A DNA stretch of 64,000 bases, from contig CATNEN010000035.1 in the NCBI GenBank assembly GCA_950097015.1, positions 372,001 to 436,000 of the forward strand, written 5' to 3'. Shown here in pieces: positions 1 through 11,300 of this stretch; positions within the stretch are counted from its first letter, which is position 1, and every line of letters starts with the position of its first letter. Under the pieces are notes generated by a model. That model saw only the letters and a program-made list of their open reading frames with translations, was not told the DNA's origin and did no database searches. The stretch is from Macrostomum hystrix (taxonomy: Eukaryota; Animalia; Platyhelminthes). The position numbers and the translations under genes were made by a program.

Positions 1-960
1 TCTGACCTGCCTACCCCTTCTCACCTGCCTACCCCATCTCACCTGCCTACCTCAACTCACCTGCCTACCCCATCTAACCTACCTACCTCAACTCACCTAC
101 CCACCCCATCTCACCTGCCTACCCCATCTCACCTGCCTACCCCATCTAACCTGCCTACCTCAACTCACCTACCCACCCCATCTCACCTGCCTACCTCAAC
201 TCACCCCATCTCCATCTGACCTGCCTACCCCTTCTCACCTGCCTACCCCATCTCACCTGCCTACCTCAACTCACCTGCCTACCCCATCTCACCTGCCTAC
301 CTCAACTCACCTACCCACCCCATCTCACCTGCCACCTCAACTCACCTGCCTACCCCATCTAATCTGCCTACCTCAACTCACCTACCCACCCCATCTCACC
401 TACCTACCCCATCTCACCTGCCTACCTCAACTCACCTGCCTACCCCATCTAATCTGCCTACCTCAACTCACCTACCCACCCCATCTCACCTACCTACCCC
501 ATCTCACCTGCCTACCTCAACTCACCTACCCACCCCATCTCACCTACCTACCCCATCTCACCTGCCTACCTCAACTCACCTGCCTACTCCATCTCACCTG
601 CCTACCCCATCTCACCTGCCTACCCTATCTAACCTGCCTACCTCAACTCACCTACCCACCCCATCTCACCTGCCTACCTCAACTCACCCCATCTCCATCT
701 GACCTGCCTACCCCTTCTCACCTGCCTACCCCATCTCACCTGCCTACCCCATCTCACCTGCCTACCTCAACTCACCTGCCTACCCCATCTCACCTGCCTA
801 CCTCAACTCACCTGCCTACTCCATCTCACCTGCCTACCCCATCTCACCTGCCTACCCCATCTCACCTGCCTACCCCATCCCACCTGCCTACCCCATCCCA
901 CCTGCCTACCTCAACTCACCTGCCTACCCCATCTCACCTGCCTACCCCATCTCACCCCAT
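1..960. repeat. C-rich minisatellite, ~18-nt units (cacctgcctaccccatct / cacctgcctacctcaact)
   Basis: Directly visible tandem units running off the 5' edge of the window. Confidence 0.95.
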
Positions 961-1168
961 CTACTGATGAAACACTCAGTAGTGCACCAGTGATTATGTC
1001 TATGGCAATGCATCATAAAATTCTGCGCGGTGCAGGATCCAATGTTTATTTTTAGCAGTCTTTCATTTTCCGCATAGTAAGAGGAATCTATGGTAAAAAA
1101 GCACTTGTGCAAGAATCTCAAGTTATTTATTAGGAAGCTTAAGTAATATAGTATACTATGCTGTAGTA

Positions 1169-1449
1169 ATCTAGCTTGTATTCAAATGAGTTCCAATGAC
1201 ACCCCGGTATTGATCGCCGTCTCGGCCTCCATATTCGGCGCCGTGTCGCTCATCGCTGTATTAATTAGTTTCGGATTGACCAGTCGGTGGAAACTGAAAA
1301 ATAGTAGACTGAGTAACGATGCTTGCATGCTGAGCGGGCTACACCTCCGTGTTGTCCTATCATCCATTCAGATGGCCTGGCTGTATAATCCTGATTCGTT
1401 GATCAACGTCAAGAGGAAACTCGCCGTCTCGGATGTGAGAAGAGCCTAA
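1169..1449 (+). CDS. Probable terminal exon of a single-pass membrane protein; the rest of the gene would lie upstream of the window
   Basis: The open frame gives ..NLACIQMSSNDTP-VLIAVSASIFGAVSLIAVLISFGL-TSRWKLKNSR.., a hydrophobic helix followed by a basic stop-transfer patch. A candidate acceptor gctgtag lies just upstream and the stop is TAA at 1447-1449. No family was recognised. Confidence 0.4.
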
Positions 1450-2307
1450 GCTGTAGGACTGCAATGAATGAAGCTTTTGTACTCCTTTTTGCCATTGTAT
1501 ATATTGTACTTTAACTCCGTCCCCCCGGCGGAGGGACAACGGAGACAAATACCTACTGCCATCACCACGAAAGCTCCCAAACCGAATGACCGATTTTCGT
1601 GAAAGTCCTATTTTCAAATCACGGATTAATTTTTCTGCCCTTTACGATAAACCAACTTTCAAAGCAGAGCATCCTCGAGATATTCATAAATTCTTGTCCC
1701 TGGAGACAAGGACAAATATAATTGCTATTCGGTTCGGTTCATATCGGTTCAAAAAGTGCATAAAGTAACAATATAATCAATACAATATAGTCAGTAATAT
1801 TTGCCAAAATGGGTACCTGATAACATTTTGTGAGCAGAAAATTTTTACCTATCTTGGTGGTTTTTGCCGCCAGACACTCCGACGAGAATCCTTGAATATC
1901 TTGATGATGCCGATGTTCTGTGATTCTGGAAGTTGCTTCATCGAAAGTTTTTGCCCGTGCTCTCGATTTTCGTGACGATCGGTTGAATATTTTACGAGAC
2001 ACAGGAAAAATGTGGGTATTTGAAAAACCCGTCGTCTTTCTAACTGTTTCTCGCAAGAATTCGAGCTCAAAAAGAGTTATTCCATTAACATTTAAATCGT
2101 AAATGAAATAATTTATAGGTTTAAAAGTAGCATGCGTCCGTTTACTCATTTTGAGCCGCAATTAGTGTACTGCTAAAGGCTAAAAATGCATAAAATTCCG
2201 TTCGCCAAAAGTTTTTATTTAGAATTTCTCTTTTTCGAATACTTATTTCTGCACGTTTGCCTATGGAAGCAATGTTTTGGAGGTTTGTTTACGGAATAAT
2301 AATAATT

Positions 2308-2545
2308 GCAGGAGGGCTGAGAGCAATGGCACGTCATTTGGTGACACTAGACCCGCAGCCAGCGAGGAGGCAATTCTGCCCATTCCGCTGACTCCTGAGC
2401 ACACACGCACACGGACACCGTACGCAGGCACACACTCACACAGGTGTGTACATCTGCCTTGACTTTCTCATCGTCAGGCAGTGTACACTCTCACTGTGCC
2501 TTGGAGTTTGGAGAGGCAAACGCGTTTGCCGCTCTGCAACTCACT
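2308..2545 (-). mobile_element. SINE family 2 copy with an internal deletion removing the B box
   Basis: Matches the copies at 13020, 17055, 27776 and 51983 (gacactagacccgcagccagcgaggaggcaattctgccc...gactttctcatcgtcaggcagtgtacac). Confidence 0.85.
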
Positions 2546-2616
2546 CCCCTTTGCTTGCGGAAGCTACTTTGTGGAAGTTTTGCGGAAGCAAGACTTTTAA
2601 TTCCCTATAGTGCTTT

Positions 2617-2715
2617 AGTTCACCCAACTGTCAGATGGGTGCCAGTATCAGCTCGGGAAGATATTTGGGTTGGTGTGGCGACTTACCTTTACCTTCTCCA
2701 GTCCACGGACTGAAC
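2617..2715 (+). mobile_element. Diverged internal fragment of SINE family 1
   Basis: agttcacccaactgtcagatgggtgccagtatcagctcggga...ccagtccacggactgaac resembles the body of the 51128 copy. Confidence 0.65.
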
Positions 2716-3380
2716 ATCTATCAACGATCGACAAGTGGCAGCGACACACGAGAAATATTTTTTGTGTCTTCAATAAATGCCAGTATAATTGAATACTCAG
2801 TAAAAGTATATTTACGCGCAGTACATACTACTGTGAAGGGCAGAATAATAAGCGAACTGCTCAAAATGCGGCAGTCCTGATTGTTCATTCTGAATGAATG
2901 CTTGCTTTAATCCCATCACACGCGCAGACAGTTGATAGGCCGATGCGGGTTTATAAGGTCAGTGAGTAAATTTTTAAAAGTATCCTTTTGTTAACGGTTC
3001 GAATGTATTTAGTGCAAGAAAATTATTATAAATTTGGTATTTGAAGTAGGCAGTGGACTTTCCTCGATCGACTGAACTTACTTCCACTTTATCCCCGTGC
3101 AACTTCCCACTTGCGCAAAATGAAACTAATTCACTTTTCTTCAAAGACAGTCGCCTATGGATGAAGCCTTCATATTTGCTTTTCTGTTGGTGTGTCTTAA
3201 ACTGCATTGAGGTACACTCACACCAGCCTCCCTTGGTTGAATCGCTCGTGCCTTAGCCACTGCGATCGGAACTGCGAAAATTTGTAGAGCTTACCATTTT
3301 AACCTTGAAAACATTTCTGCGCACTTCAGTTTGAACAATGTTGAAACTTTTCGTCTTAAATTCGAAAGGATGATAAAAAA

Positions 3381-3549
3381 GACAGACAGACGGACAGACT
3401 GACTAACTGACTGACTGACTGACTGACTGACTGACTGACTGACTGACTGACTGACTGACTGACTGACTGAATTACTGACTGACTGACTGACTGACTGACT
3501 GACTGAATGACTGACTGACTGACTGACTGACTGACTGACTGACTGACTG
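3381..3549. repeat. (GACT)n tetranucleotide microsatellite
   Basis: Visible directly. Confidence 0.97.
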
Positions 3550-3784
3550 ATGAAGAGCATTCAAGTTCGAATGGGTCTGATTGTTGCTCTTTCAAGAGCT
3601 GTTTTGTATTTGCAATGCCATTTCGGACAGAGGCCCAGATTGCCCAAATAAAGATGGATTTGCATTGGATTTAAATGCTAATTCATTGGCACAACGCTTG
3701 CATACGCTCTGATCTTCCTTACCCGAACATGTTCAGTGCAGTAAGCAAACTGTGTTTGCTTAAGTTTTGCTTACAGTTGCTCTG

Positions 3785-4555
3785 TCCTCATTCCCTAGCC
3801 CTCTTCCTCCCCTATCACTCACTCCCCTGCCCTCTTCCTTCCCTATCACTCATTCCCCTGCCCTCTTCCTTCCCTATCACTCATTCCCCTGCCCTCTTCC
3901 TCCCCTATCACTCATTCCCCTACCCACTTCCTCCCCTATCACTCACTCCCCTACCCTCTTCCTCCCCTATCACTCACTCCCCTGCCCTCTTCCTTCCCTA
4001 TCACTCACTCCCCTGCCCTCTTCCTTAACTATCACTCGTTCCCCAGCCCTCTTCCTCCCTTATCACTCGTTCCCCAGCCCTCTTCCTCCCTTATCACTCA
4101 TTCCCCTACCCTCTTCCTCCCCTATCACTCACTCCCCTGCCCTCTTCCTCCCCTATCACTCACTCCCCTGCCCTCTTTCTTCCCTATCACTCACTCCCCT
4201 GCCCTCTTCCTTCCCTATCACTCATTCCCCTACCCTATTCCTCCTCTATCACTCACTCCCCTGCCCTCTTTCTTCCCTATCACTCACTCCCCTGCCCTCT
4301 TTCTTCCCTATCACTCACTCCCCTGCCCTCTTCCTTCCCTATCACTCATTCCCCTGCCCTCTTCCTCCCCTATCACTCATTCCCCTACACACTTCCTCCC
4401 CTATCACTCACTCCCCTACCCTCTTCCTCCCCTATCACTCATTCCCCTGCCCTCTTCCTCCCTTATCACTCATTCCCCTACCCTCTTCCTCCCCTATCAC
4501 TCACTCCCCTGCCCTCTTCCTCCCCTATCACTCATTCCCCTGCCCTCTTCCTTCT
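3785..4555. repeat. Pyrimidine-rich ~31-nt minisatellite (ccctgccctcttcctcccctatcactcactc)
   Basis: Visible tandem units; they explain the ORFs 3675-4558. Confidence 0.95.
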
Positions 4556-5225
4556 TAATATTTTCGGTTCCGAATCACTTGTTTCCGAATTTCCACTCTC
4601 GCAAGCAGGTAAGCAATGACAATAAAAAGCACGGGTGAGACTTCAAAAGACGAAGCCGCAGTCTCGGCAGCAGGACAGGCCTCAGTCTCTGTTCATAGCA
4701 ACCATGCCAAAGCACAAGGCTGTCAGCTGTCTGGCAGCATGTCTCACAGCGGTTTGGCAGCGCTTAATGCGCCCTGGAACCCGGATCCAACCTACAGTGA
4801 GCAAGCTGAGGCGCTCAGGACTGAGTTCTAGTGTGCAGAGAGAGAGACAGAAAGAGAAGTTCCTCGCACTGCTGGTTTTCGGCTGTCAGTTGGGTTGGTT
4901 AAGCAGCAAATCTGTACTTTTGTGAATGATTCTTGCCCCGTTACATCCGCCTTAGCGACCAGACTGCGGCTCACACAAACGCGGGCCTTTGTATCGTCAT
5001 AAGAATAAATATAGAGGCTATGTGCAGCTGTCAAAGTGTCACGCCGAGATGGTGGGGTTGGGCAACGTTGCAACTCCGGCCTGTCCTATTCCGAGATCTC
5101 CCTGATAAAAGAGTGAATTTTGGTGTTGCTGCACTTAACGTCCTTTGCGACTGTTTTAGTAGTTTACAAGGGAACTCCGAGTAATGATGGGGTCATTTTA
5201 TTGCCCCATTCAGTGATTTAGGATC

Positions 5226-5838
5226 ACTGATAAATAAGAAGGGGAGGTGAGTCACTGATAAGGAATAGGAGGTCAGTCACTGATTAGGAATAGGAGGTCA
5301 ATCACTGATTTAGGAATAGGAGGTCATTAACTGATAAGGAATAGGAGGTCAGTCTCTGATTAGGAATAGGAGGTCAATCACTGATTTAGGAATAGGAGGT
5401 CATTAACTGATAAGGAATAGGAGGTCAGTCACTGATTAGGAAGGGGAGGTCAGTCACTGATAAGGAATAGGAGGTCAGTCACTGATTAGGAAGGGGAGGT
5501 CAGTCACTGATAAGGAATAGGAGGTCAGTCACTGATAAGGAATAGGAGATCAGTCACTGATAAGGAATAGGTCAGTCACTGATAAGGAATAGGAGGTCAT
5601 TAACTGATAACAAATAGGAGGTCAGTCACTGATTAGGAATAGGAGGTCAATCACTGATTAGGAATAGGAGGTCAATCACTGATTAGGAATAGGAGGTCAT
5701 TAACTGATAACGAATAGGAGGTCATTAACTGATAAGGAATAGGAGGTCATTAACTGGTAAGGAATAGGAGGTCAGTCACTGATAAGGAATAGGAGGTCAG
5801 TCACTGATAAGGAATAGGAGGTCAGTCACTGATAAGGA
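5226..5838. repeat. 25-nt minisatellite (tcactgataaggaataggaggtcag)
   Basis: Visible tandem units. Confidence 0.95.
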
Positions 5839-8058
5839 AGTGTGACAATCATTTCTATGAAGTGTGAAGCAGCGTGACAAAAAGGAATTGTTTGCTCGCC
5901 TGATATTAAAATGAGAAATAATTACATTCATCAGCCATGTCATTGCTGCGGCCTGGCCATGTTGAACTTGCCAAACAGAGGATTTTTTAAAGAGGCTGCA
6001 TAAAAATGGTCTGAAAGCGCGTCTGCGAGATAGAGGTGAAGAGCCGGGCTTCCGCTTCAAAATAATCCCATGGCTAGCTGATGAGAGCATGAATTTGCCA
6101 GTTGGGATTTAGCTAGATGGGGATGGCTGACCGGTCGGTCTGTCATGCCCTGAGACACGCGAACAAGCACAAGAGGCAGGGAGGGTTCGTGAGCAGCTCG
6201 GATTGAAATCCTCGAACAGCTCAACATTTTTAGGCGTCTGGAGGTCGACTAGCGGCCCGTCTAGTTTTCCTCTTCTTCTGCCAACTCCTCCCATTTTCCT
6301 GACCTCTTCATACAGGAAATCACTCTCGATCCATCCCTCTGTCTGTCTGCCTGTCTTTTGACATCGCCTGTACCTACGATTCACACCTCTCCATCGTCCC
6401 TCACTCAGTAGAATCTCGGCCAGTTTTGCCTCACCAGAATAGGCAAAGATAGAGGCGGGAGCGCAAAACAATACTTTAGCATTCATGCTCTTCTTGCTTT
6501 CCACCGATCCTTTAGGGGAGAGACAGGACTGTCTAATGTGGATACAGAGAGATGCGAGATGGGGGAGGCTGGGGATCATGAGGGACAGGCTCGGATGGGA
6601 GAGGGGATTTGGGGGAGAACTCTACAGACTCCGAGCTGTTCTTTTCCCTAGGAGTGGGCGCTGTCCCCTCTTCCCCTCCCCCAACACCCCTGCGCGCCTC
6701 CCTCTCAAAATAGCAACGATGCCAAGCTTGAGCCCCACCCCGAAATCTCCCATCCCGTGCCATCCCAACTCCTTGCCCGCTCCCTTCTAGCTGTCCGTCC
6801 GTCCGTGACCTTCTTCTCCGCCTCGACGTTGCCCACTTTTGCACTTATTTCTCTTTCTGCCCTCTTGCTGTCTATTAGCTAGATCTTCTTTGGCTGCTGC
6901 TGCTGCTGCTGCTGCTGCTGGCCCACCCCACAGGCGCAGCAGCCTCGCACTCGGCCAGAGAACTTCGAGTCGATAGGCGAATGAATTCTGGACAAAGACA
7001 AGGCTGAGGCAGGGCGACATTAAGCGACCCTCCGATTTGGGGGAATCAGATCAGACTATTGTAGCCACTGAGATTAACAGGAGAATCACAGACTGGCAGA
7101 GTTGCGAGAGTGAGACAGAAGCAGATTAAGCGCAGCCGCATAGTTGTTTATAGGCAGAAGACAAGGAAAACAAGAAAATACTTTTCCTTGTAAGCGATTT
7201 AACAACACAAGGTAATGCTGAAACATGGTCCCAATCCGACTTCCTTGCATCTTTCTAGCAAAGGTGTCATCAGCCCTCACTCTAGCTACTGCAAGTACTA
7301 TTAGCTCTTCGGCCACTTATTCATGGGCGAGACTCTAACAAATTATTAGAGGATGAGTGGTAGAGGCTGCTGCTGCTGCTTCTGAAAGCTGCGAGCGGAG
7401 TAATCGGCTAATCCTGTTAAGTCCTTCTAGCATAGAGGGAGCAGGGCCCGCTCTTTCCTTTTCTCTCAGCCTGCAAAGCTGCAATTCTCGGGCAGGGCCC
7501 AGTCGGGTGTGCGGCCCGCTGCTCTAAGGACAGCGCGGATTGGGGAGAACTGTCCCAGGGATAGGGAATTGTGGAGAAGAGCGAGAAACACGGGGAGAAC
7601 GGGACCGAGGAGAGAGAAAATAGCGGAGCAGGAGAGAAGGAGAGAGACAGAGGTGCTAGCGAAGAGAAGGCGGCCAACCCCTCTCCTGCAGCTCCTCCCA
7701 TCCTCGCTGGCTCGATAGAAAAGACGAAAATCCCAGCTCTCAGCGGCGGCGAACGAAGAAGAAGAAATCAGGGTGGGGCGGAGTCGCTCTGTCTCTGAAC
7801 TCGAGCACTAATTGCGGGCCGTAGCGAAACCTGCCTTTGCCAATCTCGCCAATCCATCGAAGGATTCCAGTCTCTCTGCAGGGGCATTTATCAACCATCG
7901 CTACTGAGCAACTAAATAGAATTTTTAATCGGCTTTAAGTCACCGGAAGGGCATTGTGTCATCTTGGCTTGTTTGAACGGTGCAAAGGCCATTTCTGTAC
8001 AACAGCAGCGACCCCGAAGCCCGGAGGCGGCGACGGCGGGCGAGGCAGCAGGCAGCCA

Positions 8059-8329
8059 ATGACTGCCGCGCCAGCCAATTGCAGCTACCAGCAGCAGCAG
8101 CAGCAGCAGGCACTGATCAGCAAGTCACCAAAGGCCCTGACAAACTCAAACAGCAGTTTGGCAAAGCAGCAACAGCAGCAGCAGCTGCAGCAGAAGCAGC
8201 GCCAAAAGAAGCAATCAGCAAAGCAGCAGAAAAAGCAGCAGGTGGCAAAATCTTCGCTGCCGGGCAGAAGCAACGGCGGGCAGATGCGCCGATTGGCTCA
8301 CGCCTCCTCTGACCACAGCAGCGGCGGTG

Positions 8330-8367
<38 letters not shown>

Positions 8368-11300
8368 GGCGGTGGCGGAGGCAACCTGAGCGATGACGAC
8401 GGAGACGATGATGGCGACTCGCCGGCTAGCGGTCGCGGTGGTGGGCACACCTGCTGCCTCTTCTGGTGCTGCTGCTGCTCCTGGTGGGTGAAGCATTGGT
8501 AACATTCGCTGGGTCCCAGGCCGCAAAGGAATCGAATCAGGAATCGCAGCTAGAATCGAATCAGGAATCGCAGCTAGAATCGAATCAGGAATCGCAGCTA
8601 GAACCAAAACTGCTTGCAATCTAAATAAAAAATGAATCACGATTTAAAGTAGACAACCAGTTTGCAAAAGACGGCAAAAAATCTGGAATCGCAGCTAAAA
8701 TAAAAACTCATAAGAATCGAATGAGGATTCGAAGCTACAATCTCATCAGGAAACGCAGCTAGAATCGAAAAAGGAACCGCAGCTAGAATCGAATCAGGAA
8801 TCGAAGCTAGAATCGAAACAGGAATCGAAGCTAGAATCGAATCAGGAATCGAAGCTAGAATCAAATCAGGAATCGAAGCTAGAATCGAATCGGGAATCCA
8901 AGCTAGAATCAAAGCAAGAATCGCAGCTAGAAAAAACCGCTGTAAGAACCGAATCAGGAATCGCAGCTAGTGTCGAATCAAGAGTCGAATCTAGAATTGA
9001 TCCGGTAATCGGAATTTTTTACTGATGAGAAACCAAGTTAAAAGAGAAATTGAATTTGTTAAATTTACTAAGCATAGGAATTTATCATGGCTTTCGCCAA
9101 TTAAGGGATTTGGTGAATTGAGAAAAAGGGAATTTGAGTAAGGGAATTTTCCATCTGGCTCACTGCAGTCTCACAGAGCCGCAGCGCAGGCAGGACGAGT
9201 CATCTCGAACGTCCGGCAACAATACGCAGCCTCCAAAAGACTCCTCAGTGCGCGACTTCGACAGGTGAGAACAACTGACACCATTGCTGGCAGCTTGCGG
9301 GATGGGATGAAGGGTAGGGTGCTGGGATTTTGAGTAGGGTGCTGGGATGCTGAGTAGGGTGTTGGGATGCTGAGTAGGGTGTTGGGATGCTGAGTAGGGT
9401 GCTGAATTTTGAGTAGGGTGCTGGGATGCTGAGTAGGGTGTTGGGATGCTGAGTAGGGTGCTGAATTTTGAGTAGGGTGCTGGGATGCTGAGTAGGGTGC
9501 TGGGATTTTGAGTAGGGAGCTGGGATGCTGAGTAGGGTGCTGGGATGCTGAGTAGGGTGCTGGGATGCTGAGTAGGGTGCTGGGATGCTGAGTAGGGTGC
9601 TGGGATGCTGAGTAGGGTGCTGGGATTTTGAGTAGGGTGCTGGGATGCTGAGTAGGGTGCTGGGATTTTGAGTAGGGTGCTGGGATTTTGAGTAGGGTGC
9701 TGGGATTTTGAGTAGCGAGCTGGGATTTTGAGTAGGGTGCTGGGATGCTGAGTAGGGTGCTGGGATGTTGGGTAGGGTGCTGGTGTGGTAGGCAGGGTGC
9801 TGGTGTTGTAGGCAGGGTGCTGGTGTTGTAGGCAGGGTGCTGGTGTGGTAGGCAGCGTGCTGGTGTGGTAGGCAGGGTGCTGGGTGTTGGTCTTCAATCC
9901 CAAAGTGGCTGAGCTCAGGTCATTAGACGGCCGCCAAGTGGTTGCAAGTGTTGCTGTTGCCATTGGTGATAACCGCTTTTCGTTAAAAATGTGACTAGTC
10001 ATGCAGGTATGCAGAGAATGAGTGACGTTAATGATTGATGATGCCCTGGGTGGCACGCTTGAGCTGATATCCGTTTGATAGATGACTGACTTATCTATAA
10101 TGCTTGCCCGGCACAGTGCGGCTTGGAGCGAGATTTCAGGAGCAGTCATAAATACAGATTCGACCTGGGGATACAGGTTAGAAGTATAGCACTCACCTCT
10201 CCTCTCCTCTCCTCTCCTCTTCTATTTTCTCCTCCCCACTTCCCACCTCTATTCTCTCCTCTTTTCGCATCTCCTCTCCTCCTCTCTCCTCCCCTCTCCT
10301 CTCCCATTCTCCCCTCTTTCCTCCTCTATCCTCTCCTCTTTTCGCATCTCATCTCATCCCATCCATTCTCATCTCCTGCCCTGTTCTCAGCTCTCCTTTC
10401 CTCTCCAATTAAGCGCACGCATCGCACCGCAATGGACAGACCAATTTCCCGCCGTTTCGAACTGCCTTTCACAAACACTGCTAGTTGCCCCATTCAATAT
10501 GCAAAAGTGCAGCGGTCGGTCAGCGAACGTGACCAGCAGAGTAGGCGGACGGGCAAGCCCCACCAATGGACACACGAACTGGACACAAAACACGTCTCTC
10601 CTCTGCTCTGCTAGCTTCTCTTGGCTCAGCTAGCTAGCCAGCTCGTCAGCATGCAGTCGTCAGTCGGTGGGGGGGGGGTGGAGGCGCCGGACAAGGGCCG
10701 AAATGCGTGTCCTATGAGATTAATTTGCAATCCGGGCTGAGAGGGAGCGAAACGGAATAGAACGCGTGTGTCTCAGGGCTGAGAAATAAGAAGCCACTAG
10801 AAGCAGGGGCCGGCGAGTAAAACCTAAAATAGGTTGCCAGCAGCGAGAAGGGTTAGGTGGTGACACTTAGGGGAAAAAGCAATTTATTCCCGTGAGCAGA
10901 GCTGGGCTGGCAGTCGCTGCTCACTTCCTGTCCGAATATCACTCACTCTCTCCCGCTTTAAACAAAAACTTGTACTCCTAAACTGCGTTGCTAATAAGAG
11001 AATCACAATTAAAAAAAGCAGAACTTCATCTATAAATAAGCATTCTATCTTTGGTTGAAAATGTAGTTCTGAATTGAGTTGAGCAGGCCCCTTTGCTGCA
11101 CGCACTAACCGGAGGAATGGAGGCTGAGGTTGTTGCTAGGCCAGCACGCAGATGGGGATAAAAGTTTGGAGTCGACCGGCGGTTCTGAATACACCAAGCT
11201 CACCCCCTGGTGGGGACAGTGGGTAATAGCCGTGATTAGGTCTGGCTGGCATCTCTTTCTCTGCGGCAGCAGCAGCGGCAGCAGCAGCGGCAGCGGCAGC

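Noticed and set aside
961-985. Hammerhead-like CTGATGA cores (also at 9025, 5959 and 53610)
   Set aside because: None has a stem II closed by GAAA together with stems I and III and a cleavage triplet.
6109-6579. 156-aa - strand ORF
   Set aside because: No recognisable domain, and no phase-compatible neighbouring exons were found.
6787-7020. Short - strand ORF with poly-Ala and GRKR resembling a neuropeptide precursor
   Set aside because: The signal peptide is unconvincing, no repeated peptide motif is present, and it has no splice support. It is probably upstream or UTR sequence of the RGS locus.
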